From contig MFEK01000014.1 of assembly GCA_001779925.1 (NCBI GenBank), positions 86,983 through 150,982 of the forward strand: a DNA stretch of 64,000 nucleotides, written 5' to 3'. Below, one piece after another: positions 1-8,746 of this stretch; position 1 is the first letter of the stretch, and each line of letters begins with the position of its first letter. Origin of the DNA: Candidatus Doudnabacteria bacterium RIFCSPHIGHO2_01_FULL_46_14 (GTDB lineage: Bacteria; Patescibacteriota; Doudnabacteria; UBA920; 2-01-FULL-46-14). Under the pieces are notes generated by a model. It did no database searches. It saw nothing but the letters and a program-made list of their open reading frames with translations, and had not been told where the DNA came from. The position numbers were made by a program, and so were the translations under genes.

Positions 1-1010
1 GGCAGCTCCGCGTTCAGGCTTATTCTGACGAAGCAATCGGCAAGGATATTATTACTGCCGATACGATTAAAGACCCTTCGGGATTGATCAAGTTGATCAA
101 AAAAACCATTACCCAGCCGAAATTCGGGCGAGTTACCACGCCCTATGTGATAGCTTCCATTCCTGAAACCAAATGTTTTGTGCGAGTCATCCAAATGGCT
201 GCGGTTTCCGCCGAAGAAGCCAAGGAAGCCATACCATGGGAGGCCGAAGCTTACATTCCCATTCCGATCGGTCAGGTCTATTTAGATTGGGTCATACTTT
301 CCGGCGATCCTAATCAAAAAGACAAAATGACTGTGCTGATTACTGCGGCGCCCAAGGATTACATTGACGACTACACCAGGATCTTAAAGGAAGCGTCCCT
401 GGAACCGGTAGCATTGGAGATTGAATCCCAGGCCACAGCGCGCAGTCTTGTCTCCAAGCTCGAAGAAACAGTGCTGATTTTGGACATCAATACCCTGCGG
501 ACCAGTTTTATTGTCTACGATCACAACACCCTGCAATTTACGTCTTCCGTGCCGATCGCGGGCAATGTTTTCACGGAAGGTGTAGCCAAGGCTTTGAATG
601 TCAGCACTGAGGAAGCAGAGAAAATAAAGCGCAGGGACGGGCTTGATGAAACGAAAAATGACGGCGCTGTAAAAAAAGCGCTTGCCCCGATTTTGAACAA
701 TCTTGTTTCAGAAATAAAAAACATTATTCGTTTCCACGAGGAACATGCCGCGGCCACGAGCAAGATTTCCCGGATTTTGCTTTCCGGAGGATCGAGCAAG
801 CTTAAGCACCTGCCTTCGGTCCTGTCGGAACGATTGTCCGGAAGCGATCTGTCTGACAGGGCGTTCCGGTCTTTGCCAGGGCTTAAAATAGAGCTTGGGA
901 ACCCTTGGGTAAAAGTCCTCGGCAAAAAACAAACTCCGCCCTTGTCGCGGGAAGATTCGCTTAGTTACGCCACAGCCATTGGTTTGGCGCTTCGGGGGTT
1001 TGAAGAATGA
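1..1010 (+). CDS. pilM: Type IV pilus assembly ATPase-like protein PilM (5' end outside window)
   Basis: Frame 3 is open from nt 3 with no upstream stop. Actin-like PilM motifs LDINTLRTSFIVYD and GNVFTEG. Followed by pilN and pilO. Confidence 0.8.
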   Translation, partial: QLRVQAYSDEAIGKDIITADTIKDPSGLIKLIKKTITQPKFGRVTTPYVIASIPETKCFVRVIQMAAVSAEEAKEAIPWEAEAYIPIPIGQVYLDWVILSGDPNQKDKMTVLITAAPKDYIDDYTRILKEASLEPVALEIESQATARSLVSKLEETVLILDINTLRTSFIVYDHNTLQFTSSVPIAGNVFTEGVAKALNVSTEEAEKIKRRDGLDETKNDGAVKKALAPILNNLVSEIKNIIRFHEEHAAATSKISRILLSGGSSKLKHLPSVLSERLSGSDLSDRAFRSLPGLKIELGNPWVKVLGKKQTPPLSREDSLSYATAIGLALRGFEE

Positions 1011-1011
1011 G

Positions 1012-1091
1012 CCCCGTTAGAAATTTGATCAAGAAAAATTAGACAAATAATTATGATAATACAAATTAACCTACAAGGATTTCTAACGGGG
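1012..1091. mobile_element. 80-bp MITE-like element with perfect 13-bp TIRs CCCCGTTAGAAAT / ATTTCTAACGGGG around a 54-bp AT-rich core, flanked by 4-bp direct repeat TGAG (1008-1011 and 1092-1095)
   Basis: TIRs and TSD read directly from the sequence. Removing the element restores a GAATGAGCGCT junction with pilM TGA overlapping pilN ATG. Confidence 0.65.
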
Positions 1092-1663
1092 TGAGCGCTG
1101 TCGCCGCAAAAAAACGGATCAACCTTCTGCCACCGGAGGAACAAAAAGAAGTAGCGCGTCTGGAAATAAACGCGGAAATTTTACATTTCGGCATAATTTT
1201 GACTGCAAGCTTGCTCGTCCTCGCCGCTGTTTTGTTCGGAGTGAATTTGTGGCTTGGCCGAACTGTGAGCAAGAATGACCAAGAGATCGCGAAATATTCG
1301 ACGCAACTCGAAGCGTATCAGGGGACGAGCTTGCAAAAAGAAGTCGCCGCGTTGAACGAAAACATTGAGAATTTCAAAATGCTTTCGGAGCAGAGCATGA
1401 AATGGTCGCCGTATTTAATGGAGCTGGCAACGCTCATTCCCAAGGACGTCAGTCTTGATTCCATACAGTTGAACCGGATTACGGGAAAGGTCGAGGTTAC
1501 CGGCCGGGCATCAAACCGCAATTCCGTTTTGGCCCTGCGCCAAAGAGTTCTCGATTCCAAGCATTTTAAGAATATCAATTTCCCCCTTTATAACCTGGAA
1601 ACAGCCCGAAACGTTAGCTGGAAATACCGTTTTTATTTGAGGATGGAAGAGGCGGAAGAATAA
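1091..1663 (+). CDS. pilN: Type IV pilus assembly protein PilN
   Basis: KKRINLLPPEE N-terminus, a single TM helix and position after pilM. The GTG start is created by the terminal G of the element plus the TSD. Confidence 0.7.
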   Translation: MSAVAAKKRINLLPPEEQKEVARLEINAEILHFGIILTASLLVLAAVLFGVNLWLGRTVSKNDQEIAKYSTQLEAYQGTSLQKEVAALNENIENFKMLSEQSMKWSPYLMELATLIPKDVSLDSIQLNRITGKVEVTGRASNRNSVLALRQRVLDSKHFKNINFPLYNLETARNVSWKYRFYLRMEEAEE

Positions 1664-1664
1664 T

Positions 1665-2270
1665 ATGAATGTTTTATCCAAAAATACCGCAAGGATCTAT
1701 ATCACCTGTGTGTTAATCGGCGCGGTTTTGGCCTTGCTGTTTTTTTTGCTGGTCATGCCGCTGGCCAGTTCGGTCAGGGGAACCCGCGCCAAGATTTTGA
1801 ACAACAGCGTCAAGATTGCCAAACTTTCCGGCGAGATCACGCAGTTCAAGGAAACCGAATCCAAGCTCGCCCAGATTAAAAAATCCGTAGCTGATGTTAA
1901 GCAGCTTTTTCCGGTTCGCGAAGAATCGGTTGTGCTGGTCGAAGCCGTAGAAGATGCGCTTGCCCGATCCGAGGTTGCGGCGGAAATTTCCATTACCGAC
2001 GATAAAGAAGGATCGGCAGCAAATGATAATGCGACAGAGGGGCTGATAAAGGGTCTAAAAAATATTGAGGAAGTGTCTTACGAACTGGATGTCAGCGGCG
2101 ATTACCGCAATTACGTTGATCTGTTGCTTTACATGGAATCGCTTCCTTATGGCACGGAAATAGTTGATATGAGTTTTGTCGCCGGACAGGAGCTGGGCGG
2201 CGTGACCCGGGCCAAGACCGGGCTTGCTAGCGGCAAGATCAGAGGGATATTTTTCCTGAAAAAACCATGA
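1665..2270 (+). CDS. pilO: Type IV pilus assembly protein PilO-like
   Basis: N-terminal TM helix then a coiled-coil periplasmic domain. Sits in the pilMNO gene order, 2 nt after pilN. Confidence 0.6.
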   Translation: MNVLSKNTARIYITCVLIGAVLALLFFLLVMPLASSVRGTRAKILNNSVKIAKLSGEITQFKETESKLAQIKKSVADVKQLFPVREESVVLVEAVEDALARSEVAAEISITDDKEGSAANDNATEGLIKGLKNIEEVSYELDVSGDYRNYVDLLLYMESLPYGTEIVDMSFVAGQELGGVTRAKTGLASGKIRGIFFLKKP

Positions 2271-2593
2271 TGAAAATTAAACTGAAAATTCCAAAAATCA
2301 GAGTTAATCCGGCCAAGATTCTCCTTTTGGCCCTGGCCATGGTCCTGACCGGGGAACTGTATGTTTTGTATTATGCTTTGTACGCTCCCGTAGAAGAAAT
2401 TGCCGGCGCGGAGACTTTGAGTGTCAGCGCCCTTAAAGACATAGATATTGATCTAGTGGAATACAATAAAATAAAAACATGGATTGAAACCAGGCGAAAC
2501 TATGTAGTGCCGCCGTATTCATTGGAGATTTCCACTACTACAGCTTCTACGACAGGACTGACCGGCAGAGAAAACCCGTTTGCTGATTACTAG
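2267..2593 (+). CDS. Small single-TM membrane protein in the PilP position, function unknown
   Basis: ATGA overlap with pilO; one hydrophobic helix. Confidence 0.35.
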   Translation: MMKIKLKIPKIRVNPAKILLLALAMVLTGELYVLYYALYAPVEEIAGAETLSVSALKDIDIDLVEYNKIKTWIETRRNYVVPPYSLEISTTTASTTGLTGRENPFADY

Positions 2594-2997
2594 CGTTTCT
2601 TTTTAGCATATTTCTGAAAGCCGAACAGCCCGCCGATGAGCCCTCCTGCGATTATTACAATGATCCAAAAGATTGAGCTTTTGGAAGTTTCGTTTGCGGC
2701 TTTATCCGTAGACGTGATGGTTCTCGCCGTCTCTTCGTTTTGGGCTGAAACATTTCCGTCTTCAGAATCTTGCTGTCCTTCCTCATTTTGATTTTGCCGG
2801 CCACCGTCCGGCTGGTTACTGCCGATTGATTCCTTATAGTTCGGCTGGACATCTTGAGGCAGAGGCTGTAGCGGATCTGTTTGTGGTAAATTTCCCGGCA
2901 CCAAACGAGCGGCGCTCGCGCTGTGATATGCGGCTAATGAAAAAATCAGGACGAATGCGAGGACAATTTTGTGGTGTTTAGGCATAGTCAATGTCAA
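2590..2997 (-). CDS. Secreted protein with Sec signal peptide, acidic Gln/Asn-rich middle and C-terminal TM anchor plus KKKR tail
   Basis: Last gene of the minus-strand minor-pilin operon, with 4-nt overlaps between genes. Confidence 0.4.
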   Translation of the reverse strand: MTLTMPKHHKIVLAFVLIFSLAAYHSASAARLVPGNLPQTDPLQPLPQDVQPNYKESIGSNQPDGGRQNQNEEGQQDSEDGNVSAQNEETARTITSTDKAANETSKSSIFWIIVIIAGGLIGGLFGFQKYAKKKR

Positions 2998-4400
2998 TTA
3001 TTAGACCAGGTGATTTGCTGGTAGCCGGAATTGGATAAGGGGAAACTCGGCGGCGGAGAAAACAGCAGGTTGGTGTCATAGGTGGTGACTGTGTTTTGGA
3101 AACCCGAGACTACGGTTCCGCTGCCGTTGACCCAGCTCCATGTCCAAACCCCGAAGCTCATCAGCGAGCCATAGGTTGTTATTGTGGTTTTTATGTTGCT
3201 GGGGAAATAGAAACGCTGGACACTCCCATTTTGGGCAATCAGGGCCGCATCAATATTCAGGGTATTTGGAACATAATATGTGGCTAGCACATCCTTTTGC
3301 GCAAGGAGTCCGAGCGCGACTGTGCCGTCCTTGACTGTATATTGAATGTTGTTGGGGATGAGAATGCTTGGCGCAGTCGCGGGATTATAAGGCAGTAGCG
3401 CGGCCGCGACCATAACCCGACCGGAGACTGTACCCTCCACCCAGGTGCGGTCCTCGATAAACATTATGCCGTTTGCCGGGAGCGCGGGGGTGGAAAGCAA
3501 GGTTCTGGCGCCTCCGCCGGTGCCGTAGTCTAAATCCTCATTATGCGCCGCGCCATTCACATCCCAGCCAGTGGGGTGCGCTCGGAGGCTGTTGACCCGG
3601 TAAATACTTACCGTGTTATTGCTATTGAATACCAGGGAATATCCTTGGGCATTGGAAGGGGCGAGATAAATGCCGTTTGTCTGAGCATCGTTTTTCATGG
3701 TGGCCAGATTGGCTGTGATGGTTGTGAAATCCAGGTTTGGCACGGGGAATTGCCAGAAATTCTGGGTAGATTGCGGCGCTGCCCCCCAGATTCCCGGTTT
3801 GCTTTGCGCCGGGCTGCAGCCGTGATATGGCTGGCACATGTATGTGGTTTTGGCGGAAGTGATCGGCGCGTTGCCGGTCCCGTCAAAGCGGATGCCATTG
3901 TTGGAATGAAACTCGCCATTGACCGATTCCGTATCGCCGATCCAAACATCGCTGTTAGTCAGAAAAGAATATTTTGCCAGTGAGGGAATCCCGTATCTTG
4001 TAGTAACGGTTCTTTTAGTGTTGGGATTGGCGAGGGTATAGCCCGTGGATCTGATTGTGACCACAGTGGAGCCGATGAGGGGAGGGGTGATTGTCAAACT
4101 GAACTGGCCTATCACCGTGCCGGTGTCAGTATCAATATAGTCATGCACATAAGGTCCCGCGCCTCCGGTGCCATCCTGATAGTCTGTAGGATAGTGGGCC
4201 AGATGCCATTGGTAATAATTGATGCCAGCCTCCGAGATCTGCAGGGCTTGCTCGCGGTTTACAGAGGATCTGAGTCCGCCAAGCATCCGGTTTCCCACGG
4301 AAAGCACTGCCAGCAGGGTCATGGAGAAAATAAACATTACCACAACCTCGTAGATCAATATGTAGCCTTGTGAACGAGTGTGTCTCATATTAGTTGCCAA
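2994..4400 (-). CDS. Pilus-associated protein with degenerate prepilin-like N-terminus (PilX/PilY-like candidate)
   Basis: N-terminal SQGYILIYEVVVMFIFSMTLLAVL hydrophobic segment; translationally coupled to upstream minor pilins. Confidence 0.5.
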   Translation of the reverse strand: MATNMRHTRSQGYILIYEVVVMFIFSMTLLAVLSVGNRMLGGLRSSVNREQALQISEAGINYYQWHLAHYPTDYQDGTGGAGPYVHDYIDTDTGTVIGQFSLTITPPLIGSTVVTIRSTGYTLANPNTKRTVTTRYGIPSLAKYSFLTNSDVWIGDTESVNGEFHSNNGIRFDGTGNAPITSAKTTYMCQPYHGCSPAQSKPGIWGAAPQSTQNFWQFPVPNLDFTTITANLATMKNDAQTNGIYLAPSNAQGYSLVFNSNNTVSIYRVNSLRAHPTGWDVNGAAHNEDLDYGTGGGARTLLSTPALPANGIMFIEDRTWVEGTVSGRVMVAAALLPYNPATAPSILIPNNIQYTVKDGTVALGLLAQKDVLATYYVPNTLNIDAALIAQNGSVQRFYFPSNIKTTITTYGSLMSFGVWTWSWVNGSGTVVSGFQNTVTTYDTNLLFSPPPSFPLSNSGYQQITWSNN

Positions 4401-5052
4401 GATTAGTTTTAAGATTGCGGATGGCGGCAGAGCTTGTCACAGTGTAGGTTTGGCTGTTGGCGATTCCGCCGGTAAGATAGATTTGTAGGTTGCTTTTGAT
4501 ATACCGGACCTGAGGGATGCTGACGGGCTGCGTCAGATAGTTGTCGAATGTGCCGTCATAAGTATCGTTGTAATAATAAAAGATCGGATTTGTGCCATTC
4601 GCTAAATCTTCGATTACTACCGAGGAAACCTCGCTGCCGGTATTGTAGACGGGCGGGGTTCCCGTGGGTTTGACAATGCCCCGATAAAGCTTGGCGTTTT
4701 GGGTATAATATCGAACCCGCTCTATGTCTGCGGCCTGGTCAACATTACTGTAAAATAAAAGTTGCTGCGCCTCAGTAATGCCGAGGGAATACGCGCCGGT
4801 CGCTCCCGAGGTTGCGTTACGCAGTTCGTTAGTGATTTGAAAAGCGGTTTTGCGGGCCTGGTCAGAACCGGCCAAAAGCCGTGATTGCCGGCTAGAGTTC
4901 GTGACCATGTTGGAGATGAGGATAATCATCCCGAGCGCGATTACCGAGAAAATGAAAATCGTTATGATCATTTCGATGAGGGTAAACCCACGCAGCAAAC
5001 TACGTTGTGGCGCGGTGGTAAACCCAGCAGCAAATTTGAATGCTTTTTTCAT
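4390..5052 (-). CDS. Type IV minor pilin (prepilin-type N-terminal cleavage/methylation domain)
   Basis: RGFTLIEMIITIFIFSVIALG class III signal motif. Confidence 0.65.
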   Translation of the reverse strand: MKKAFKFAAGFTTAPQRSLLRGFTLIEMIITIFIFSVIALGMIILISNMVTNSSRQSRLLAGSDQARKTAFQITNELRNATSGATGAYSLGITEAQQLLFYSNVDQAADIERVRYYTQNAKLYRGIVKPTGTPPVYNTGSEVSSVVIEDLANGTNPIFYYYNDTYDGTFDNYLTQPVSIPQVRYIKSNLQIYLTGGIANSQTYTVTSSAAIRNLKTNLGN

Positions 5053-6845
5053 GGCGACATCAGGACTTCTATCGTTTGATAACCATTGACATTCAGACCG
5101 GGCAAGATCTGGGTTTGGTAACCTGCTAGCGTCACGTCCAGGTCATAATTGTTTCCGGCGGTCAGCCCGGGAAATATGACCTGTCCCGGAGTAAAACAGC
5201 CTGATACGTAGTTAATCTGAACACTGGTCATGACCGGGGTTTTTTTCTCGTCGGTCGTGGAAAGCAAGGCTCGGTATCGCACGTAACGGTTGCTGTCATG
5301 CGCGTTGGAGATGCTGGTGCCCGGCACTGTGTAGAAAGTGCCGGATGTCCCATCCGGGCCTTTGTAATCCCATGTGGTATTGTCATTGTTGGAAGCGATT
5401 TGGAATTTTAGGGTGGTGGCCGGATTCTGCGAGGTCGGCATCCAGGTAATAGTGCTGTAATTGCTCGATGCTGTTCCCGTATCAAATGTCGAGGGTTGGA
5501 GCTCGCCGTTTGAAACGTAATCGCCAGTGATTTTGAGAAGCTCTACTCCGCTTGGTTTGACCTCGATCTGGCCGTCGTCAATGAAATATTTAGTAACGTC
5601 AGTGAAATTGGCCTGGCCAGGACCGCCTGTCCAGTCATTTTGGACCCAAACGCTGCCGCCGGTCGTGCCGTAGTAATCCTGGGGCTGGCTGCCGCCTTTT
5701 CGGAGGTGCACGGCCGCGTCCTGCAGTGTTGCCTGGGTTGCCGCGTCCTTGACTATCACAAGCAAACTATCCGAAGTTTCCGGGCCGAGGTTTAGGGTGA
5801 AGCTCTGGGTGGTGCCAGGCAGGAGGTTAATGTTTTGTATGGGTGAAGTCCCGTAGATCATGAGATTTTGTCCGGTCAACAAAGCGGGGAGGTAATTGTC
5901 CCATTCCATATTCTGCAGGGCGATGAGTCCGGCGATCGAAGAAAAGTTTTGATCAAATTTTAGGACATTGGGGTTGGTCCCGATTAGTTTTGATCCTTTG
6001 ACATTGACCCCGACATTGCTCAGGGGTTGGCAGGTTTGGTTCAGGGTGGATATATTGAGAGTACTGACCAGATCTATGGCAAAACTGACCTGGGTGACCT
6101 GGCCATTGATGATTGTCGCGTCGGGTTTGACTGGATTGGGATTGCCCGCGGTAATCGGGTAGGTCTGGTCTGAGGAGTACCCGCTTTTGCTAACTACAAT
6201 ATGGTAGCCGTTGACGCTTATCGGCAAGCCGACCTCAATCCAATTGCCGCTCGCATCAGTTTGACGGTTGAGGATTATATTCGGGTTGACCAGATTATTG
6301 GTAATGCTGACGCTTGCGCCTGCAACTGGCTGGCCGCTGGCATTAAAAACTTTTATGTAAAGTGCGCCGGCGTTGGAAAGTCCCTCCAGACCTTTCGGCG
6401 AGACAGTGGTAACAAAAGTATTGACCTGTCCCGTTACCGTGTTTTGGACATTCATTTTGACCTGTTTATAGTCATTCGGGGCCGGGTCTGTGCCTAGAAG
6501 GATCGTGCCGTCCGCACTGTCATCGACATAAGTAACTTCATAATAAATATTGTAATTGATGCCTTCAGCGCTGAGTATTTTCGGGTTTGCTTGGTCATTG
6601 AGATTGCCCGCAGGGTTGCCCGAGACTGTGCCGATGGTGCTGTAGGGTAGGTTTCGTATGGTTTCCAGTTCATTGGCGGTAAGGTTGGTAATCACGGTCT
6701 GCTGGCGGTTAACCTTGGTGACGCGATTGAGCGCGTTGAAAACACCAATTACTCCGACGAGCAGGATTGCGGCGATGCCGATGCCAACCACCGCTTCAAT
6801 CAAGGTGAATCCTTGGAGGATTTTTATTTTATTTTGTGTTCGCAT
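5049..6845 (-). CDS. Large (598 aa) prepilin-type protein, putative pilus tip or minor pilin
   Basis: QGFTLIEAVVGIGIAAILLVG N-terminus; first gene of the coupled operon 6845 to 2590. Confidence 0.65.
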   Translation of the reverse strand: MRTQNKIKILQGFTLIEAVVGIGIAAILLVGVIGVFNALNRVTKVNRQQTVITNLTANELETIRNLPYSTIGTVSGNPAGNLNDQANPKILSAEGINYNIYYEVTYVDDSADGTILLGTDPAPNDYKQVKMNVQNTVTGQVNTFVTTVSPKGLEGLSNAGALYIKVFNASGQPVAGASVSITNNLVNPNIILNRQTDASGNWIEVGLPISVNGYHIVVSKSGYSSDQTYPITAGNPNPVKPDATIINGQVTQVSFAIDLVSTLNISTLNQTCQPLSNVGVNVKGSKLIGTNPNVLKFDQNFSSIAGLIALQNMEWDNYLPALLTGQNLMIYGTSPIQNINLLPGTTQSFTLNLGPETSDSLLVIVKDAATQATLQDAAVHLRKGGSQPQDYYGTTGGSVWVQNDWTGGPGQANFTDVTKYFIDDGQIEVKPSGVELLKITGDYVSNGELQPSTFDTGTASSNYSTITWMPTSQNPATTLKFQIASNNDNTTWDYKGPDGTSGTFYTVPGTSISNAHDSNRYVRYRALLSTTDEKKTPVMTSVQINYVSGCFTPGQVIFPGLTAGNNYDLDVTLAGYQTQILPGLNVNGYQTIEVLMSP

Positions 6846-6997
6846 TTTTTGTTTCTACTGGATTTTTTCTTGAAAATATTATACCATAAAGCGAAGTATA
6901 TCACAAGGATTCGCGGCTCTCCGACCTGTGTCGGAGTCGGGTAAGGGTCGGAGAACGGCTCTAATCGGACAACAGATACCCGCCCGACTCGCCTGAC

Positions 6998-7072
6998 GGC
7001 CCTGTAGCTCAAAGGATAGAGCACTAGTCTTCGGAACTAGTGATGGGGGTTCAATTCCCTCCAGGGTCACCA
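6998..7072 (+). tRNA. tRNA-Arg (anticodon TCG)
   Basis: Manual cloverleaf: acceptor GGCCCTG/CAGGGTC, D arm GCTC..GAGC, anticodon stem CTAGT/ACTAG with loop CTTCGGA, T loop TTCAATT, CCA encoded. Confidence 0.8.
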
Positions 7073-7278
7073 TACGAGTCAGGCGGGCGGGTTTCAAAAC
7101 ATTGGGCTTCCGTTCTAAGTGGATAATCCTTTGGCTGAAAATTCCTGTTGGGCACATACGAATTTAATAACTGGGGCCCCCGAAAAAGCGCAGTTTTTTT
7201 GGGGAGAGCGGGACTCGAGCTTAGATTGCAGAGAACCGCTTTAACGATTCGCGAAAATCGTAGCCCTGAGTCACGCGA

Positions 7279-7354
7279 GGGTCGGTAGCTCAGTTGGTAG
7301 AGCAGGGGACTCTTAATCCCAAGGTCGTGGGTTCGATCCCCACCCGACCCACCA
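7279..7354 (+). tRNA. tRNA-Lys (anticodon CTT)
   Basis: Manual cloverleaf: acceptor GGGTCGG/CCGACCC, anticodon loop CTCTTAA, T arm GTGGGTTCGATCCCCAC, CCA encoded. Confidence 0.85.
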
Positions 7355-7396
7355 CAACACAACTCAAAGGTTTTTGCGAAGGCGGGCATCATAATC

Positions 7397-7603
7397 ATGA
7401 CAAACAAAGAAAAAATTTATGGAGTCACAGAGCTTTCAAAATTTTTCGCGGTCAGCGAAAAAACGATTTGGGATTGGTGCAGGAAAGGGAGACTTCCGGG
7501 ATTCAAAATAGGAAAAGAGTGGAAAGTGAGAATATCTGACCTAAATCGATTAATAATCGGAAAAGTTAATGCCAAAACAGAAAAGGGCAAGACTCTATTT
7601 TAA
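7397..7603 (+). CDS. Small excisionase/MerR-type helix-turn-helix DNA-binding protein
   Basis: VTELSKFFAVSEKTIWDWCRKGRLPGFKIGKEWKVRISDL matches the Xis-family HTH pattern. Lies 43 nt after tRNA-Lys. Confidence 0.5.
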   Translation: MTNKEKIYGVTELSKFFAVSEKTIWDWCRKGRLPGFKIGKEWKVRISDLNRLIIGKVNAKTEKGKTLF

Positions 7604-7605
7604 GT

Positions 7606-8670
7606 ATGATCAATTTTTTCTACGGCGAAGACACATTCACTCTGAGCCAGGAAATTACAAATTTAAAAGCAAGGTTTAAATTTGTGGAAACGCTGTCCAT
7701 CAACGGCGAATCAGATGTTCAGCTCAAAAATAAACTTCAGGACATCCTGCAAAGCCAAGGACTGTTTGTACAAAAAAAACTAGTAATTTTGAACAATTTT
7801 TTAACTGATGTAAAAGCCTATCCGCAGACTGAGGAGTATTTGCTTAAGGCTTTGAATAACTCGAACAGTGAGACTACGGTAGTGATTGCGCAGGAAGAAA
7901 AATTCGATCGCAGATTGAAATTTTTTAAAGCCTTGCAGAAAATAGCCCAGAATCGCGAATTCACTATCCCGGCGGGAAAAGATCTGGAAATTTGGATTAA
8001 GAGTTATTTGGGTCACCGGGGATTTGAAATCGAAAACAGTGGGCTTGTGGAATTAATTGCAAGATTGAGTGATGATGGTATTGACCCCGTTAGAAATAGC
8101 CCGTCCCAATGGGCATCTGGGCGTACTAGCACGGGCGAGATTGCTAACGGGACGAGTTTGTGGCAGGTCAGCTCGGAGTTGGAGAAATTGATGCTATTTC
8201 GATCCCCCCCCTCCCTCAGTCCCTCCCCACCAGGGGGAGGGAAGATTGCATTCGCTGACGTTCGCGATCTTGTGATGCCTAATATTTCCCAAAATGTGTT
8301 CCAGCTCACCAATCTATTCGCTGAAGGAAGAGGCCGTGAAGCTGTATCGCTTTTGGAAAAAATGATGAGCGCACCGCAGGCCTCGGATCTGAAATCTCAA
8401 ACCATTCAGATCATCGGGGGTCTGGCCTCCCAGATCCGAAGCTTGCTTTTGGTCAAGGATTTGGAAAGAGAGACACCTTCAAAGATTGCCGAGATTTTGA
8501 GTTGGAAAGAGGGACGAGTTTGGATAAACTCAAAGCTGGCCAAAAAATTCACAAAGGAAAAATTGCTTGGATTGATGCGCGACCTACGTGCGCTCGATTT
8601 ACGCTTGAAAACTTCGGAAGAACCGCCTAAACTGCTATTATCGCTATTCTTACAGAAAGCCAAAGTTTAA
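7606..8670 (+). CDS. holA: DNA polymerase III delta subunit-like protein carrying an in-frame repeat insertion
   Basis: N-terminal MINFFYGEDTF delta-subunit motif. A low-complexity insert (PVRNSPSQWASGRT..., PPSLSPSPPGGG) is encoded by the repeat elements at 8085-8245. Confidence 0.55.
   Translation: MINFFYGEDTFTLSQEITNLKARFKFVETLSINGESDVQLKNKLQDILQSQGLFVQKKLVILNNFLTDVKAYPQTEEYLLKALNNSNSETTVVIAQEEKFDRRLKFFKALQKIAQNREFTIPAGKDLEIWIKSYLGHRGFEIENSGLVELIARLSDDGIDPVRNSPSQWASGRTSTGEIANGTSLWQVSSELEKLMLFRSPPSLSPSPPGGGKIAFADVRDLVMPNISQNVFQLTNLFAEGRGREAVSLLEKMMSAPQASDLKSQTIQIIGGLASQIRSLLLVKDLERETPSKIAEILSWKEGRVWINSKLAKKFTKEKLLGLMRDLRALDLRLKTSEEPPKLLLSLFLQKAKV
8085..8151. mobile_element. Second copy of the CCCCGTTAGAAAT-TIR element family, inserted in frame inside holA
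   Basis: Shares the 20-mer TTAGAAATAGCCCGTCCCAA and further homology with the copy at 24369-24429. Imperfect TIR CCCCGTTAGAAAT / ATTGCTAACGGG. Confidence 0.5.
8201..8245. repeat. GC-rich hairpin repeat (TCCCTCCCC ACCA GGGGGAGGGA) of the CCCCTCC..GGAGGGG family, in frame in holA
   Basis: Family members at 10167-10199, 10576-10598 and 54241-54300. Confidence 0.45.
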
Positions 8671-8746
8671 CACGTTAGAAATAACAAAGAGTTAACATCA
8701 AGCGCGTAGAAACCAAACATATCTAGCGGTATCTAGAAAGGAATTT

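Noticed and set aside
7171-7210. GGGGCCCCCGAAAAAGCGCAGTTTTTTTGGGG hairpin between the two tRNAs, considered as a terminator
   Set aside because: The U-tract is inside the stem rather than following it. I left it as an unassigned hairpin.
6879-7407. ORFs 6879-7157(-) and 7051-7407(-), including a LEGIEPPS peptide
   Set aside because: They overlap tRNA-Arg and tRNA-Lys on the opposite strand. GIEPP-type peptides are the classic spurious translation of tRNA T arms.
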